This document shows positions 9,964 to 20,340 of a DNA stretch of 64,000 nt, piece by piece. Under the pieces are notes generated by a model. It saw only the letters and a program-made list of their open reading frames with translations, ran no database searches and was not told the origin of the DNA. The DNA is from Alphaproteobacteria bacterium (lineage in GTDB: Bacteria; Pseudomonadota; Alphaproteobacteria; UBA828), in NCBI GenBank assembly GCA_965237415.1, contig CBDEFM010000002.1, forward strand, positions 2,272,001 to 2,336,000, written 5' to 3'. Each line of letters starts with the position of its first letter. The first letter of the stretch is position 1. A program made the position numbers and the translations under genes.

Positions 9964-10639
9964 GGTGGACTCCTTTCTTCCCGTGTGAGGGGGATGGCCA
10001 GAGTCCAGTATTATGTCGTGTCGCGACCGAGGACCCGCAGAAGCGACAGGGCCTAGGAAGACTCACCCGAGATAAGTAGGTGCCGGATATAGTTCGCCAA
10101 CACTGGGATGGAACGGTCCGAGACGCTCGACTTCGTGGACATCTGCGGTCGAGAGTGGGGAGTCCAAATTGCCTGGCTGGAATTCCTGTGGGACGCCCCG
10201 CACCGGACGCGCATCGTGGATCACACCACCGCCGCTCGGAACGGCGAACCCTACGCCGCGCTGATCGATCGCAAGGGATTCGTGCCAAACGTGACGCTAC
10301 GCGCGTGTAGTGGCACATTAAAGAGAGACCGCATTGAGTCCTACGCCCGCCACTGGCTGGGCCTCAAGCGCTGGCACTCCGTCATCGGTCTCCGCGCCGA
10401 CGAGCCGCGCCGGGTGTGGCGCATGCGCGCCATGAACTGCGGCTCGCGCACCGGCGCCCACGCCGTGCTGCCGCTGGCCGACGCCGGCGTCCGCCAGGCC
10501 GACGTCATCGAGTGGTGGAAGCAGCAGCCCTTCGATCTCGGCATCCCATCCTATGCGGGGAACTGCACGCTCTGCATGCTCAAGGGCCGCGCCAAGCTGA
10601 TCCGCCTCATCCGCCAAGACCCCGCCCTTGCGGACTGGT

Positions 10640-10996
10640 AGACCGCAGTTAACTGCACCCCTTGGAAGCGTTGAGAGGCAAACGTTTCGGGTGACCCATC
10701 CGTTTCATCCTCTTTCCGGTCGCGAGTTCGGACTGGTCGAAGTCACGACGATACTGGGGGTGGGGTTGGTCCATTACAGGGGTGATGACGGGGCGTTGCG
10801 CACCATTCGTCAGGCCTGGACAAGCGCTGCGGTCGAAGACCCGTTTATCAGGGTGGCGGCGGGCCGGTCAGCATTCCGTGTCTCGGATCTGCTTGCGTTG
10901 GCGGCATTGCTGGACAGTCTGGACGGAGACGGTTGCGCCGGGAGGGGGGCCGGCGGCGGGACGCGCACTGTCAAGGAGATTTTGCCGCATGTGTAA
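10640..10996 (+). CDS. DUF5372 (Y4bD/Y4pK-like) protein; its likely start lies at the opposite end of the element
   Basis: FRVTHPFHPLSGREF and GRSAFRVSDLLALA motifs; the ORF-track TTG start lies in host DNA. Confidence 0.75.
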   Translation, partial: RPQLTAPLGSVERQTFRVTHPFHPLSGREFGLVEVTTILGVGLVHYRGDDGALRTIRQAWTSAAVEDPFIRVAAGRSAFRVSDLLALAALLDSLDGDGCAGRGAGGGTRTVKEILPHV

Positions 10997-11178
10997 GGAT
11001 ATTTTTGTCCATAAACGGCCAATGCGGGGTGTCCCGGCGACTAGAGATGTGGCAATGATTGACCGTGATGCACGGTATTGCAGCGTATTTTCGCCGATGC
11101 AGGGGAAGAAGGGGCTTGATGTGGTGCCAGAAGTGTGCATAAATATATTTACACTCCTTTCCCGATGGAGCCCGCGCG

Positions 11179-11640
11179 ATGGCCAGACGCCCCACCGACG
11201 CAAAGACCCACACCCTCAGGGAGCACAGCTGCCTGAACCCGCATGCCGAGACGGTGCGCGACGAGCTGTTCCTGTCGAACGCGTTCTTCGACCCGCGCGA
11301 CCTGCTCCAGGTCAGGTACGAGATGCTGCGCCGCGTGCGCGAGGACGGCGTGCCGGTGAGCCATGCCGCGGCCAGCTTCGGCGTCTCTCGCCCCACCTGG
11401 TATCAGGCGCAGCGTGCCTACGAAGCGGGCGGGCTGCCGGGATTGCTGCCGGACCGGCCGGGTCCCCGCCGGCCCCACAAGCTCAGCGACGAGGTGGTCG
11501 AGGCGTTGCAGGCGGCGAAGAGCGAACGGCCGGGGCTGACCGCCGCCGACCTGGTCGAGCTCGTGCGCGCGCGCTTCGGCATCACAATCCATCGCCGCAG
11601 CATCGACCGCGCCCTCGCGCGGGGAAAAAAACGCCGATGA
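11179..11640 (+). CDS. Helix-turn-helix protein of the recombinase element
   Basis: FFDPRDLLQVRYEMLR, FGVSRPTWYQ, PGPRRPHKL; SD upstream. Confidence 0.85.
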   Translation: MARRPTDAKTHTLREHSCLNPHAETVRDELFLSNAFFDPRDLLQVRYEMLRRVREDGVPVSHAAASFGVSRPTWYQAQRAYEAGGLPGLLPDRPGPRRPHKLSDEVVEALQAAKSERPGLTAADLVELVRARFGITIHRRSIDRALARGKKRR

Positions 11641-11939
11641 TGCGCCGCCCGCCGTGCGCCGTGCTCCCCGCAGCGGGCCATTCCGCCTACGGACAGGGCT
11701 ACGAGCGGATGCGCCGTCATGCCGTGGAGCCCGGTGTTGTTCACGACCGCCACGGGCTCGCCGTGGTGGCGCTACGCGGCGTCGCGGCTTGGTTGCACGC
11801 CTTCGTCGACCTGCCCACCCCGCCAGCGGCCGTGTGCACGAGCGCCTCGCCCGAGACGCTGCCCACCGGGGTCGAGACACCGGCGATCGACATTCTCATT
11901 GCCATGCTCAGCCGCCATATGGGGAGGGAGCCAGCATGA
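11637..11939 (+). CDS. Small hypothetical protein of the recombinase element
   Basis: ATGA overlaps with both neighbouring genes; 100 aa. Confidence 0.7.
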   Translation: MMRRPPCAVLPAAGHSAYGQGYERMRRHAVEPGVVHDRHGLAVVALRGVAAWLHAFVDLPTPPAAVCTSASPETLPTGVETPAIDILIAMLSRHMGREPA

Positions 11940-14008
11940 GAGCCGTCCATCAAAAGGTAACCGCGAGCCATCTGAGCCGCGATGCCTACCTGTATGTGCG
12001 CCAGTCCAGCCTACGACAGGTGTTTGAGCATACCGAGGGCACACGCCGCCAGTACGCGCTGCGCGAACGGGCGGTGGCCTTGGGCTGGCCGACCGAGCGC
12101 GTCGTCGTGATCGACAGCGATCTCGGCCTCTCCGGCGCCGACGGCGACCGCGAGGGATTCAAGCGCCTGGTCGCCGAAGTCAGCATGGATCGCGCCGGGA
12201 TCGTGCTCGGGCTGGAGGTGTCCAGGCTCGCGCGGAACTCCGCCGATTGGCATCGGCTGCTCGAGATCTGCGCCCTGAGCGAGACGCTGATTCTCGATGA
12301 AGACGGCGTTTACGATCCCGTCGACTTCAACGACAGGCTCCTGCTCGGGCTTAAAGGGACCATGAGCGAGGCGGAGCTGCACATGATGCGCGCCCGGCTG
12401 CGCGGCGGATCGCTGAGCGCGGCCCGGCGCGGGGAGTTGAAGGTGCAGCTGCCGGTGGGGCTGGTCTACGACCCACTCGGCCAGGTGGTGCTCGATCCCG
12501 ACGCTCAAGTGCAGCACAGCTTGCGCCTGCTGTTCGACACCTTCACTCGGACGGGCTCGGCGCAGGCCACAGTGAGACACTTCAACAACGAGAAACTGCG
12601 ATTCCCGTATCGTCCACGTCGTGGGCCACATAAGGGCGAACTGCATTGGAAGGCCTTGAAGTTCTCGCAGGCCCTGCGGGTGCTGCACAACCCGCGATAT
12701 GCGGGCGCTTTCGCGTACGGGCGCAGCCGGAAGCGGCGGCGTCCCGGCGGCGGCTTCGAGACCAGGAGCGTTCCGCGTGAGGAATGGACGGTGCTGCTGC
12801 GCGATGCGCACCCGGGCTACATCACCTGGGAGCGCTTCGAGGAGAACGAACGGCAGCTCCGGGACAATGCGCAATCCTACGAAGCGAAGCGACGCAGCCC
12901 CCCGCGCGAGGGACCGGCACTGCTGCAGGGCTTGGCCGTCTGCGGCGTGTGCGGCCGGAACATGACGGTGCGATATCACACCCGCAAAGGGCGCCAAAAG
13001 CCCGACTACGTGTGCCAGCGCGAAGGTATTGAGACGGCGAGCGCCGAGTGCCAGAGAGTATCCGGTGCCCCCATCGACCGCGTGGTCGGCGAGCTGCTGG
13101 TGGAGCTGGTGACACCACTCACGCTGGACGTGGCGTTGCAGGTGCAGGACGAACTCGCCGCGCGCGCCGAGGAGGCCGATCTGTGGCGCGCTCAGCAGGT
13201 GCAGCGCGCCCTCGAGCAAGCGGATCTGGCGCGGCAACGATTCATGCAGACCCATCCCGACAACCGGATGGTCGCCGACGTGCTGGAGGCGGAGTGGAAC
13301 GCGAAGCTACGGGCCCTTGACGAGGCACAGCACGAGCTCGAGCGCAGCCGCGCCCAGCCGGGCCCAGGGCTGGACGAACAGCAACGCCAACGGATTCTCG
13401 CGCTGACCAGCGACTTCCCGCGCCTGTGGAACGATCCGCAGACGCCGAATCGCGAACGCAAGCGGATGGCGCGGCTGCTCATCGAGGACGTGACGTTGAC
13501 CAAGGCCACGCGGAGCCTGGGAGTGCGGCTGCGCGGTGGCGCGACCCGAGAGCTCACCTGGACGCCGGATCCACGCGCGTATGAGATTCGCAGGACCAGC
13601 GACGAGGTCGTTGCCGAGATCGACAGGCTGTTGGACAACCACACCGATGGCGAGATCGCATCGATTCTCAACGAGCGCGGATGCCGATCCGGACACGGCC
13701 TCGCCTTTACCATGAACTTGGTGAAATCAACCCGCTGGAACCGATCTCTCAAGTCTCGCTATGAGCGGCTTCGTGATCGTGAGCTGTTGACGGTCCGTGA
13801 GGCCGCCGACCGACTCGCGGTCTCGATCGACACAATCGGGAGATGGCGCCGGGCCGGGCGTCTGCGCGGACACGCCTACAATGACAGACCCGACTACTTG
13901 ATCGAGATTCCCGACCCCCCACCGATCAAACAGGGGAGTCGATGCCCCTCGCAACGAAAGCCGATCCCCAAGCCAGTGTCTCACCGGACTAATGGAGGTG
14001 TAGTATGA
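11936..14008 (+). CDS. Large serine recombinase (resolvase + recombinase + Zn ribbon + coiled coil + HTH)
   Basis: AYLYVRQS catalytic Ser, EVSRLARN, LHNPRYAG, CGVCG..YVC..C; 690 aa from ATG 11936. Confidence 0.93.
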   Translation: MRAVHQKVTASHLSRDAYLYVRQSSLRQVFEHTEGTRRQYALRERAVALGWPTERVVVIDSDLGLSGADGDREGFKRLVAEVSMDRAGIVLGLEVSRLARNSADWHRLLEICALSETLILDEDGVYDPVDFNDRLLLGLKGTMSEAELHMMRARLRGGSLSAARRGELKVQLPVGLVYDPLGQVVLDPDAQVQHSLRLLFDTFTRTGSAQATVRHFNNEKLRFPYRPRRGPHKGELHWKALKFSQALRVLHNPRYAGAFAYGRSRKRRRPGGGFETRSVPREEWTVLLRDAHPGYITWERFEENERQLRDNAQSYEAKRRSPPREGPALLQGLAVCGVCGRNMTVRYHTRKGRQKPDYVCQREGIETASAECQRVSGAPIDRVVGELLVELVTPLTLDVALQVQDELAARAEEADLWRAQQVQRALEQADLARQRFMQTHPDNRMVADVLEAEWNAKLRALDEAQHELERSRAQPGPGLDEQQRQRILALTSDFPRLWNDPQTPNRERKRMARLLIEDVTLTKATRSLGVRLRGGATRELTWTPDPRAYEIRRTSDEVVAEIDRLLDNHTDGEIASILNERGCRSGHGLAFTMNLVKSTRWNRSLKSRYERLRDRELLTVREAADRLAVSIDTIGRWRRAGRLRGHAYNDRPDYLIEIPDPPPIKQGSRCPSQRKPIPKPVSHRTNGGVV

Positions 14009-14348
14009 AGCGTACTCCTGGTGGATCGAGCAGGAAGCCAAGGTCGCCAACCGCACCGGCCCGGACGGCCGCGCCTGCGAATCCATGAAGCGCTTCCGCC
14101 TCGGCGAAACCTACGCCGAGCTCAAGGCCGCGGCGCTTGCCGACCGCGACCTGTTCGACGAAGACGCCGCATCTTCAGACGAGAGCGGCGACTCCCAGTC
14201 CCTCGATTGCCTCTGCACCGATTGAGCCCCCAAGCATGCGCCCGCCCGCCGCGCGGCGCGGAAAGGTCGAGCATGTCCGTCGTGGAGGCGAGCCGGTCGC
14301 CGTGGAGGGGTCCGGCCGTCTCCCAATCCACGCATTCCGGAGCACGCC

Positions 14349-16315
14349 ATGAACGATCCCGTCATCCGACCCATCCCGCTCGACCGCCTGGAGCGCTCGC
14401 CCGCCAACGTCCGCAGGACCGAGGCCGGCAAGTCCGCTTTCGCCGAGCTCAAGGCCTCCATCGCCGCTCACGGGCTGCTCGAGAACCTCGTGGCACGCTC
14501 CATCGGACCCGGTGAAGACGGCGGCGAGCACTACGCCGTCATCGCCGGCGCCCGCCGGCTCGCCGCCCTCAACGACCTCGCCGCCGAGGGCGTACTCGAG
14601 ACCGACCATCCCGTCCCCTGCCGCATCGTCGGCAACGGCGCGATCGACAGCGAGCTCTCCCTCGCCGAGAACGTGATCCGTGTCGCCATGCACCCGGCCG
14701 ACCAGGTGCAGGCCTTCGGCACGCTCGCCGATGCCGGCGCCTCCGTCGCCGATATCGCCGCCCGCTTCGGGGTTTCCGAGCGCATCGTCGAGCAGCGCCT
14801 GCGCCTCGGCAACGCCGCGCCCGAGATCCTCAACTCCTACCGCGAGGGCGAGATCGACCTCGAAACGCTGAAGGCCTTTGCCGTCACCGCCGACCAGGCG
14901 CGCCAGATGGCGGTGTGGGAGCAGGTCAAGGACCAGGGCTACCGGCCGTCCGGTTGGCAGGTGAAGCGCATGCTCACCCAGGACCGGGTGCCCGCCGCGT
15001 CGGCCATCGCCACCTTCGTCGGCGTCGACGCCTACGAGGCGGCCGGCGGCATTGTCGACCGCGATCTGTTCGCGGACGAGGACGAATGGGGCATCTGGTT
15101 CGAGGATGCCGACCTCCTCAGCAAGCTCGCCATGGACCGGCTCCAGGCGGCAGCCGATGAGCTTGCGACCCGCTGGAAGTGGGCCGACGCTCGGATCGAG
15201 GTGAACTGGTCCGACCTCGCCCGCTTCGGCCGCGTGCATCCCACCCCGGGCGAGACCACCGACGAGGAGAAGGCGGAGGTCGAGCGCCTTCACGTCCGCC
15301 ACGACAAGCTCGTCAACATGGACGAGGACGCGTGGACCGGAGAGCTCGCGGCCGAAGGAGAGGCGATCGAGACCCGGCTCGCGGAGATCGAGGCCGCGGT
15401 GGAAGCCCGCGCCGTCTTCCGTCCCGAGGACATCGCGATCTCGGGGTGCATCGTCACCGTCAGCGACGAGGGCAGGATGCAGCTCGTCCAGGGCCTGGTC
15501 AGGCCCGAGGACATCCCCGCTGCCCAGACCAATGACGCTGCCGGAACCGCGCAGGACGGCACCGGCGATGACGACGCCGCCAGCACCGGCACTGGCACCT
15601 CCGGCATCCAGGCTCCCGCGATCTCGGGTCCGGCCATGCCGCCCGCGCGTCCCGACGCTGAGGCCGAAGCGCGCAAGGAGGCGGGCGTGGGCATCGGGCT
15701 CGGCGACGATCTCCGGTCCATCCGCACGGCGCTGGTCAAGGCCCATTTGGCGGAGGATTTCGGGGCGGCCTTCGACCTCGTGCTGTTCCAGATGGGGCAC
15801 GCGGTGTTCACCCCCGGCTACCACGACCACGCGCTCGACATCGCCGTGCGCGAGACCCCGGACCGGCCGCCGCTCCGCGCGAACGATGACGCCTTCGGCG
15901 CCATGAGTCCCGGCGAGGCGATGCTGGCCGACCGCTCGCACCTCTCCTTCGACTGGCTCGCCATCGAGGACCAGGCCGAGTCCTTCACCGCGCTCTGCGC
16001 GCTGCCCGAGACTGACAAGCAGCGGCTCTTCTCCGCCTGCGTTGCGCGCACGGTCAAGGGCCAGCTCGCCTTCGAGGCGAGTGCCCGGCCCGAGCTGGAA
16101 GCCACCGTCGCCCGGCTCGACATCGACTTCGCCGCCCATGTCCGGCCGACCGCCGAGTTGTTCTGGTCGCGCATCCGCAAGGACCGGATGCTCGCCGTGG
16201 CCCGCGAGGTCCTCGGGGTGGAATGGGCGCACGGCCACCGCAAGGACAAGAAGGCCACGCTGTCCACCGCGATGGAGACCGTCTTCGCGAAGTCCGACAT
16301 CGTTCCACTCGGGGT
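14349..16315 (+). CDS. ParB/RepB/Spo0J-family ICE protein, 3' end fused to unrelated sequence
   Basis: SIAAHGLLENL, VIAGARR, SLAENV, HTH IAARFGVSER; reading frame becomes non-homologous after ~16315. Confidence 0.85.
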
Positions 16316-16810
16316 CCCCTCGACGACGTCCCGCTGCCGGAGCCGACCCAACCCTCCGCCGCCAAACTGCCGCCCCGCCCCGAGGCGATCCGCATGGACC
16401 TTGCCGTCCGGCCGGCGCGGGCACCAGGCCGCACGTTCGACTTGCCCGCCGACCTCGTGTTCGCCGGCGAACCCTGGGGCTGGCTCGGCGATGCCATGCC
16501 GCTGGTCGCCGTCGACAGCACGATCCAGCCGCACCAGCTCGCGGAACTCCTGCGCGCCGGGTTCTTCTCGCCGTCCGACGATGCTCAGGCTGACAGCTAC
16601 GAGACCCAGCGCGACCGTTTCGACGAGGAGGCGCTGCACATGGCGACCCGCCTGCTTCTGTCGGACGACGAAGCCTGCCGGACATCGATCGCCGAAGCCG
16701 TCCGTCGCGAGCTGCTCTGGCTCTGCCCCCGCGATCGGGCGGTCGATATCCGGATCCGCCGGCCCGACGTCACGGTGACGCTGGGCGACGCCGGGGAGGC
16801 CACGCCATGA
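16315..16810 (+). pseudogene. C-terminal fragment of an ICE-associated hypothetical protein
   Basis: Protein-like frame (GFFSPSDDAQADSYETQRDRF) with no own 5' end, followed by an overlapping short ORF at 16807. Confidence 0.5.
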
Positions 16811-17338
16811 AAAAGCAATTCACTGTGCAGTGCGGCTATCCGGCCTACTACGCGAACACCGTGACGGTCGAAGCGGAGACACTCGATGACGCCCTGGAGA
16901 AGGCGATCGAGACTGCCAACATCAATGACGGCTGGCGCTCTATCGACCATTGCGGGAAGCCGCCTTCGCCAAGGGCAGAACCGAGCCGATTAATGGCACC
17001 GGGCTGAAATTGAAAATGCCAATTGAGGAAAAATCCATGCCGGCCACACATAGCGGCGCCCACCCGGCGATTCTCCCGAAGGGGGAAGCTTCAGCAACCG
17101 CACCCACGCTCACGCCGCCGCTGTTCAACAGCGCTAACCTCGCTCCCTCGATGGCCGTAGCCATACCCCGTGCGACCAGCGCGACCGCCTCGTCCGCTTC
17201 GCACCAACGCCTCTTAGATACCGATCCTCACCCCGCGCACCGGCACTCCATCGCTTGGCAATAACCCGGGAACTATTCCGCTCCACTGAAATTTCCAGGG
17301 CATGGAAGTTTTCCAGATTGCGCCGATAAGACCTTGTC

Positions 17339-18481
17339 CTATCCGTCCATCGCCTGCTTGAGAGATGACGCAATCCGCTCCGACGCCCTCTGCAGGGGAT
17401 CGTCGGCGATATGGGCGTAACGCGCGGTCGTCTGCGCTTGCGTATGGCCCAGGATCCGCCCCACCATCGGCAAGCTCTCGCCCCCCATTACCGCCTCGGA
17501 AGCGAACGTATGACGCAAGTCGTGGATGCGCACATCGTGCAGCCCGGCCGCCTTGCGCACCCGCCGCCAGGGCTTCTGCAAATCCGTCAGATGCGCACCC
17601 GCACCGGTCCCGACGACAACGTAGGGGTTTCCTTCCACACGCTTTGCGTCGGCCAGAACCTCCAGCGCCGGCCCGTTCAGCGGGATCGTCTTGGCTCCGG
17701 TCTTGGAATCCGGCAGGTGAATCCGGTCGCCCCGGATATGCTCCCATTTCAGGGTCTGGATCTCCGACAACCGTGCCCCGGTGTAGAGCAGGAGCCGGAA
17801 CGCCATCACCGCTGCCGGAGCGAACGATTCCTCCTCGTCCAATGCCTTGCCCAGCCGCGCCAGCTCCTCCGCCGTAAGGAACCGCTCGCGCTTGTTCTCC
17901 TTGTACTTGCGGATGTGATAGCAGGGATTGGAGCGGTCCGGCCGCAGGCCCCATGCTTCCGCAAGGTTCATCATCTTCGACACCACGCCCAGCGTCCGGT
18001 TCGCCTGATACGGCTTGCCCCGCAGGTCGTGGTGCAACGCCGCCACGTCGTCGCGCCCAAGCGCCACCACCTTTATCGATCCGAGAGCCGGCAGGATGTA
18101 TCTCTTCACCGCATGCCTGTATTCCACCTGGGTGCGCGGCTTGCAGTGGACGGGGACATATTCCTCCAGGAACCGTTCCGCCAGCTGCGCAACCGTGGGC
18201 GACAGGCGCTCGGCCTCCTTCTCCTGGTTCGGATTCCTGCCCTCGTCGATGTCGGCGATGATCTTGCGCGCCCTGGCCTTGGCCTCCTCGAAGGGCACGA
18301 CGCCGTGGCGTCCGATCTGGACGCGGATGGTCTTTCCCCGCCTGAAGGTCTGTGCGACGTAGCGCTTTCCGCCGTTGGGATAGACCCGGACGCCGAAGCC
18401 TTTCAGCTGGTCGTCCCATACGAAGTACTCCTTTTCGCGGGCGGGCAGGCCCTCCACGCGGCGCCTGGTCAGCTTGGGCAT
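17339..18481 (-). CDS. Tyrosine integrase with N-terminal arm-binding domain
   Basis: WDDQLKGFGVRV arm domain; TGARLSE, HDLRH, LGH, Y catalytic residues; adjacent to the att site. Confidence 0.93.
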   Translation of the reverse strand: MPKLTRRRVEGLPAREKEYFVWDDQLKGFGVRVYPNGGKRYVAQTFRRGKTIRVQIGRHGVVPFEEAKARARKIIADIDEGRNPNQEKEAERLSPTVAQLAERFLEEYVPVHCKPRTQVEYRHAVKRYILPALGSIKVVALGRDDVAALHHDLRGKPYQANRTLGVVSKMMNLAEAWGLRPDRSNPCYHIRKYKENKRERFLTAEELARLGKALDEEESFAPAAVMAFRLLLYTGARLSEIQTLKWEHIRGDRIHLPDSKTGAKTIPLNGPALEVLADAKRVEGNPYVVVGTGAGAHLTDLQKPWRRVRKAAGLHDVRIHDLRHTFASEAVMGGESLPMVGRILGHTQAQTTARYAHIADDPLQRASERIASSLKQAMDG

Positions 18482-18640
18482 TGGATTCTCTCGGAATGTA
18501 TTCGGAACTTGTCTCCCCGTAGTCCGAGGCTATATCCTGCGTCCTATGTCAGCAACAGGAAAACCTAAGTATCTGATATACAGGATATATGACAGCCTAT
18601 GGCAGTCTTCTGCGCTCTCTGTCAATGTACGATGATCTAC

Positions 18641-18726
18641 CTCATAACCTGAAGGTCGTAGGTTCAAATCCTACCCCCGCAACCAAAGAAAACGCCGCTA
18701 AGACAACATCTTAGCGGCGTTTTTCA
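18641..18726 (+). repeat. att site: 3' half of tRNA-Met (18641-18685) plus terminator hairpin
   Basis: CTCATAACCTGAAGGTCG...GCAACCA matches the tRNA at 54353-54397 in reverse complement, and the downstream hairpin is also shared. Confidence 0.92.
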
Positions 18727-18954
18727 TTGTGCGGCGACGCCCACAATTTCGTATTGGGAATCTATTGGGAATCATCCGGATGGCAGTCTAAGGGCATGTC
18801 TGACACGTCATGACGGTATGGATTCGGTCGTGCCGTGGTGCCGTGGGAGGTGGGTAAGGATTCGGTCGTGCCGTGGAGGCGGGCGACATTGTGATCGTCT
18901 TCGGGCGGGGCTTCACAAGTTACTGGTAACGACTCCGGCCATGCGCTACGGGGC

Positions 18955-19495
18955 GGGTCGAGATGGACGACGCCTATCTCGGCGGGGTGCGCTCCGGCGG
19001 CAAGCGGGGCCGCGGCGCGGCGGGCAAGACGCCCTTCGTGGCGGCGGTCTCGACCAGTCGCGAGGGGCGCCCACGCAAGCTGAAGCTGGCGCCGGTCAAG
19101 GGCTTCCGCAAGCGCGAGATCGCGCGTGGCGCCAAGCACTGGCTGGCCCCCGGCGCGGCGGTTGTGACGGACGGCCTGGGCTGCTGGAGCGCACTCGACG
19201 AGATCGCCTGCAGCCATCAGGCAATCCGCACCAGGTCGGGCCGACAGGCGGCCCGCATGGCGCCGTTCAAATGGGTGAACACGACGCTCGGCAACATCAA
19301 GTGCGCGATCACCGGGACCTATCGCAAGCTCGGCCCCGATCACGCCGGGCGCTACCTCGCCAGTTTCGCCTGGCGCTACAACCGGCGCTATCAACTCGAA
19401 ACCATGATCCCGCGTTTCGTCCATAGCGCCGCACGCACCGAGCCCATGCCCTATCGCCTCCTCATTGCCGGATAACTTTCAGGGATAAGCAGGAA
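18955..19495 (+). mobile_element. IS1595-family remnant (5'-truncated transposase 18963-19475)
   Basis: EMDDAYLGG, GKRGRGAAGK, VVTDG, WVNT..GNIK, YLASFAWRYNRR. Confidence 0.85.
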
Positions 19496-19648
19496 GGGTT
19501 TTCCCTCCATGAATGTTTCGGGGTAGGAAATCGTACCTTACCACGGCGCAACGGGTTATCTCGGTTACCTCCTGCCTACAAATCTGGCACCACCTCAGCA
19601 TACCGCGACCGGTCCAGAATTTTCGTTCGCTCTCGTCGCTGGCGATCG

Positions 19649-20155
19649 TTACAAACGGCGTTGCTGAGCGCTCACAATCATCCAGGTCAGTATAATGAAC
19701 ATCAGATAGAGACCATGTTCCAATAGTTCGCGCCGGTCACCGGAAACTATATCAAAGGCACTAAAGAAAACCAGCGTAGAGCCCGCCATGACAAACCCAA
19801 ACGATGAGACTCTGATGGTAACTGCACCAATCGTCCGCAAGAATGTGCCGATCAGTGTCGCAAGAAACAGGAACCCTACAAGCAGTTCCCATACGCCGGC
19901 GAAGAAGAGCACGGGTTTTGCCCAGCTTGCGGGGATATTCATACTGAGGAAATACGCGTCGAATTGTTTCTCCCTGTTATTTCCATACCAATGGAAAACG
20001 CCGAAATCGGTGCTGTGCAGAAACTTGTCAAGCCCGTTGAGTGTCCAGAAAATCACCCAGTATGTGAGGGAAACGATAACAAGGAGCCTACTGTCTAGCG
20101 CGTGGGGGCGGGACGGCGAAGCCTCGCCGACATTGAGGAATTCGTCCTCCGGCAT
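19649..20155 (-). CDS. Hypothetical 4-TM membrane protein, lower GC
   Basis: Four hydrophobic segments, WTLNGLDKF motif, SD GGAGG. Confidence 0.65.
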   Translation of the reverse strand: MPEDEFLNVGEASPSRPHALDSRLLVIVSLTYWVIFWTLNGLDKFLHSTDFGVFHWYGNNREKQFDAYFLSMNIPASWAKPVLFFAGVWELLVGFLFLATLIGTFLRTIGAVTIRVSSFGFVMAGSTLVFFSAFDIVSGDRRELLEHGLYLMFIILTWMIVSAQQRRL

Positions 20156-20164
20156 CAGCGCCTC

Positions 20165-20340
20165 CTATGAGCTCCAGTTGCTCCAGACCCCGGGCCCCGT
20201 CTCGTGCCAGGCTTCGCCGCGCCGGGACTCGATCCGGTAGCCGAGGATCGGCCTGCCGCCGTCGTCGGCCGGTGCCGTCCAGCCGAGCATGATCCCCGAA
20301 TACCCGTCCGCCGTCGCCGTCAGCGCGCCCGGGGACGCGG
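20165..20340 (-). pseudogene. Fibronectin type III domain fragment
   Basis: PGALTATADG..LGWTAPADDGGRPILGYRIE. Confidence 0.65.

Larger units (their letters stand above)
10635..14022 (+). mobile_element. Large serine recombinase integrative element (~3.4 kb) bounded by CTGGT core repeats
   Basis: CTGGT at 10635-10639 and 14018-14022; removing the element restores the host reading frame. Confidence 0.9.
10085..14225 (+). pseudogene. PAPS-reductase-family gene, 5'-truncated and split by the serine recombinase element
   Basis: FANTGME, CSGTLK, IGLRADE, GNCTLC...ADW (to 10638); resumes in frame at 14022 as WIEQEAK...DCLCTD* (stop 14223-14225). Confidence 0.85.

Noticed and set aside
10010-10080. 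Possible RIT element terminus (TTATGTCG) next to the recombinase fragment
   Set aside because: No partner repeat or intact recombinase trio is present; too weak to call.
16950-17330. Short ORFs between the ParB region and the integrase
   Set aside because: No recognisable motif or convincing RBS in any frame.
18641-18685. Second tRNA-Met gene
   Set aside because: Only the anticodon loop to CCA is present; there is no acceptor 5' strand or D arm.
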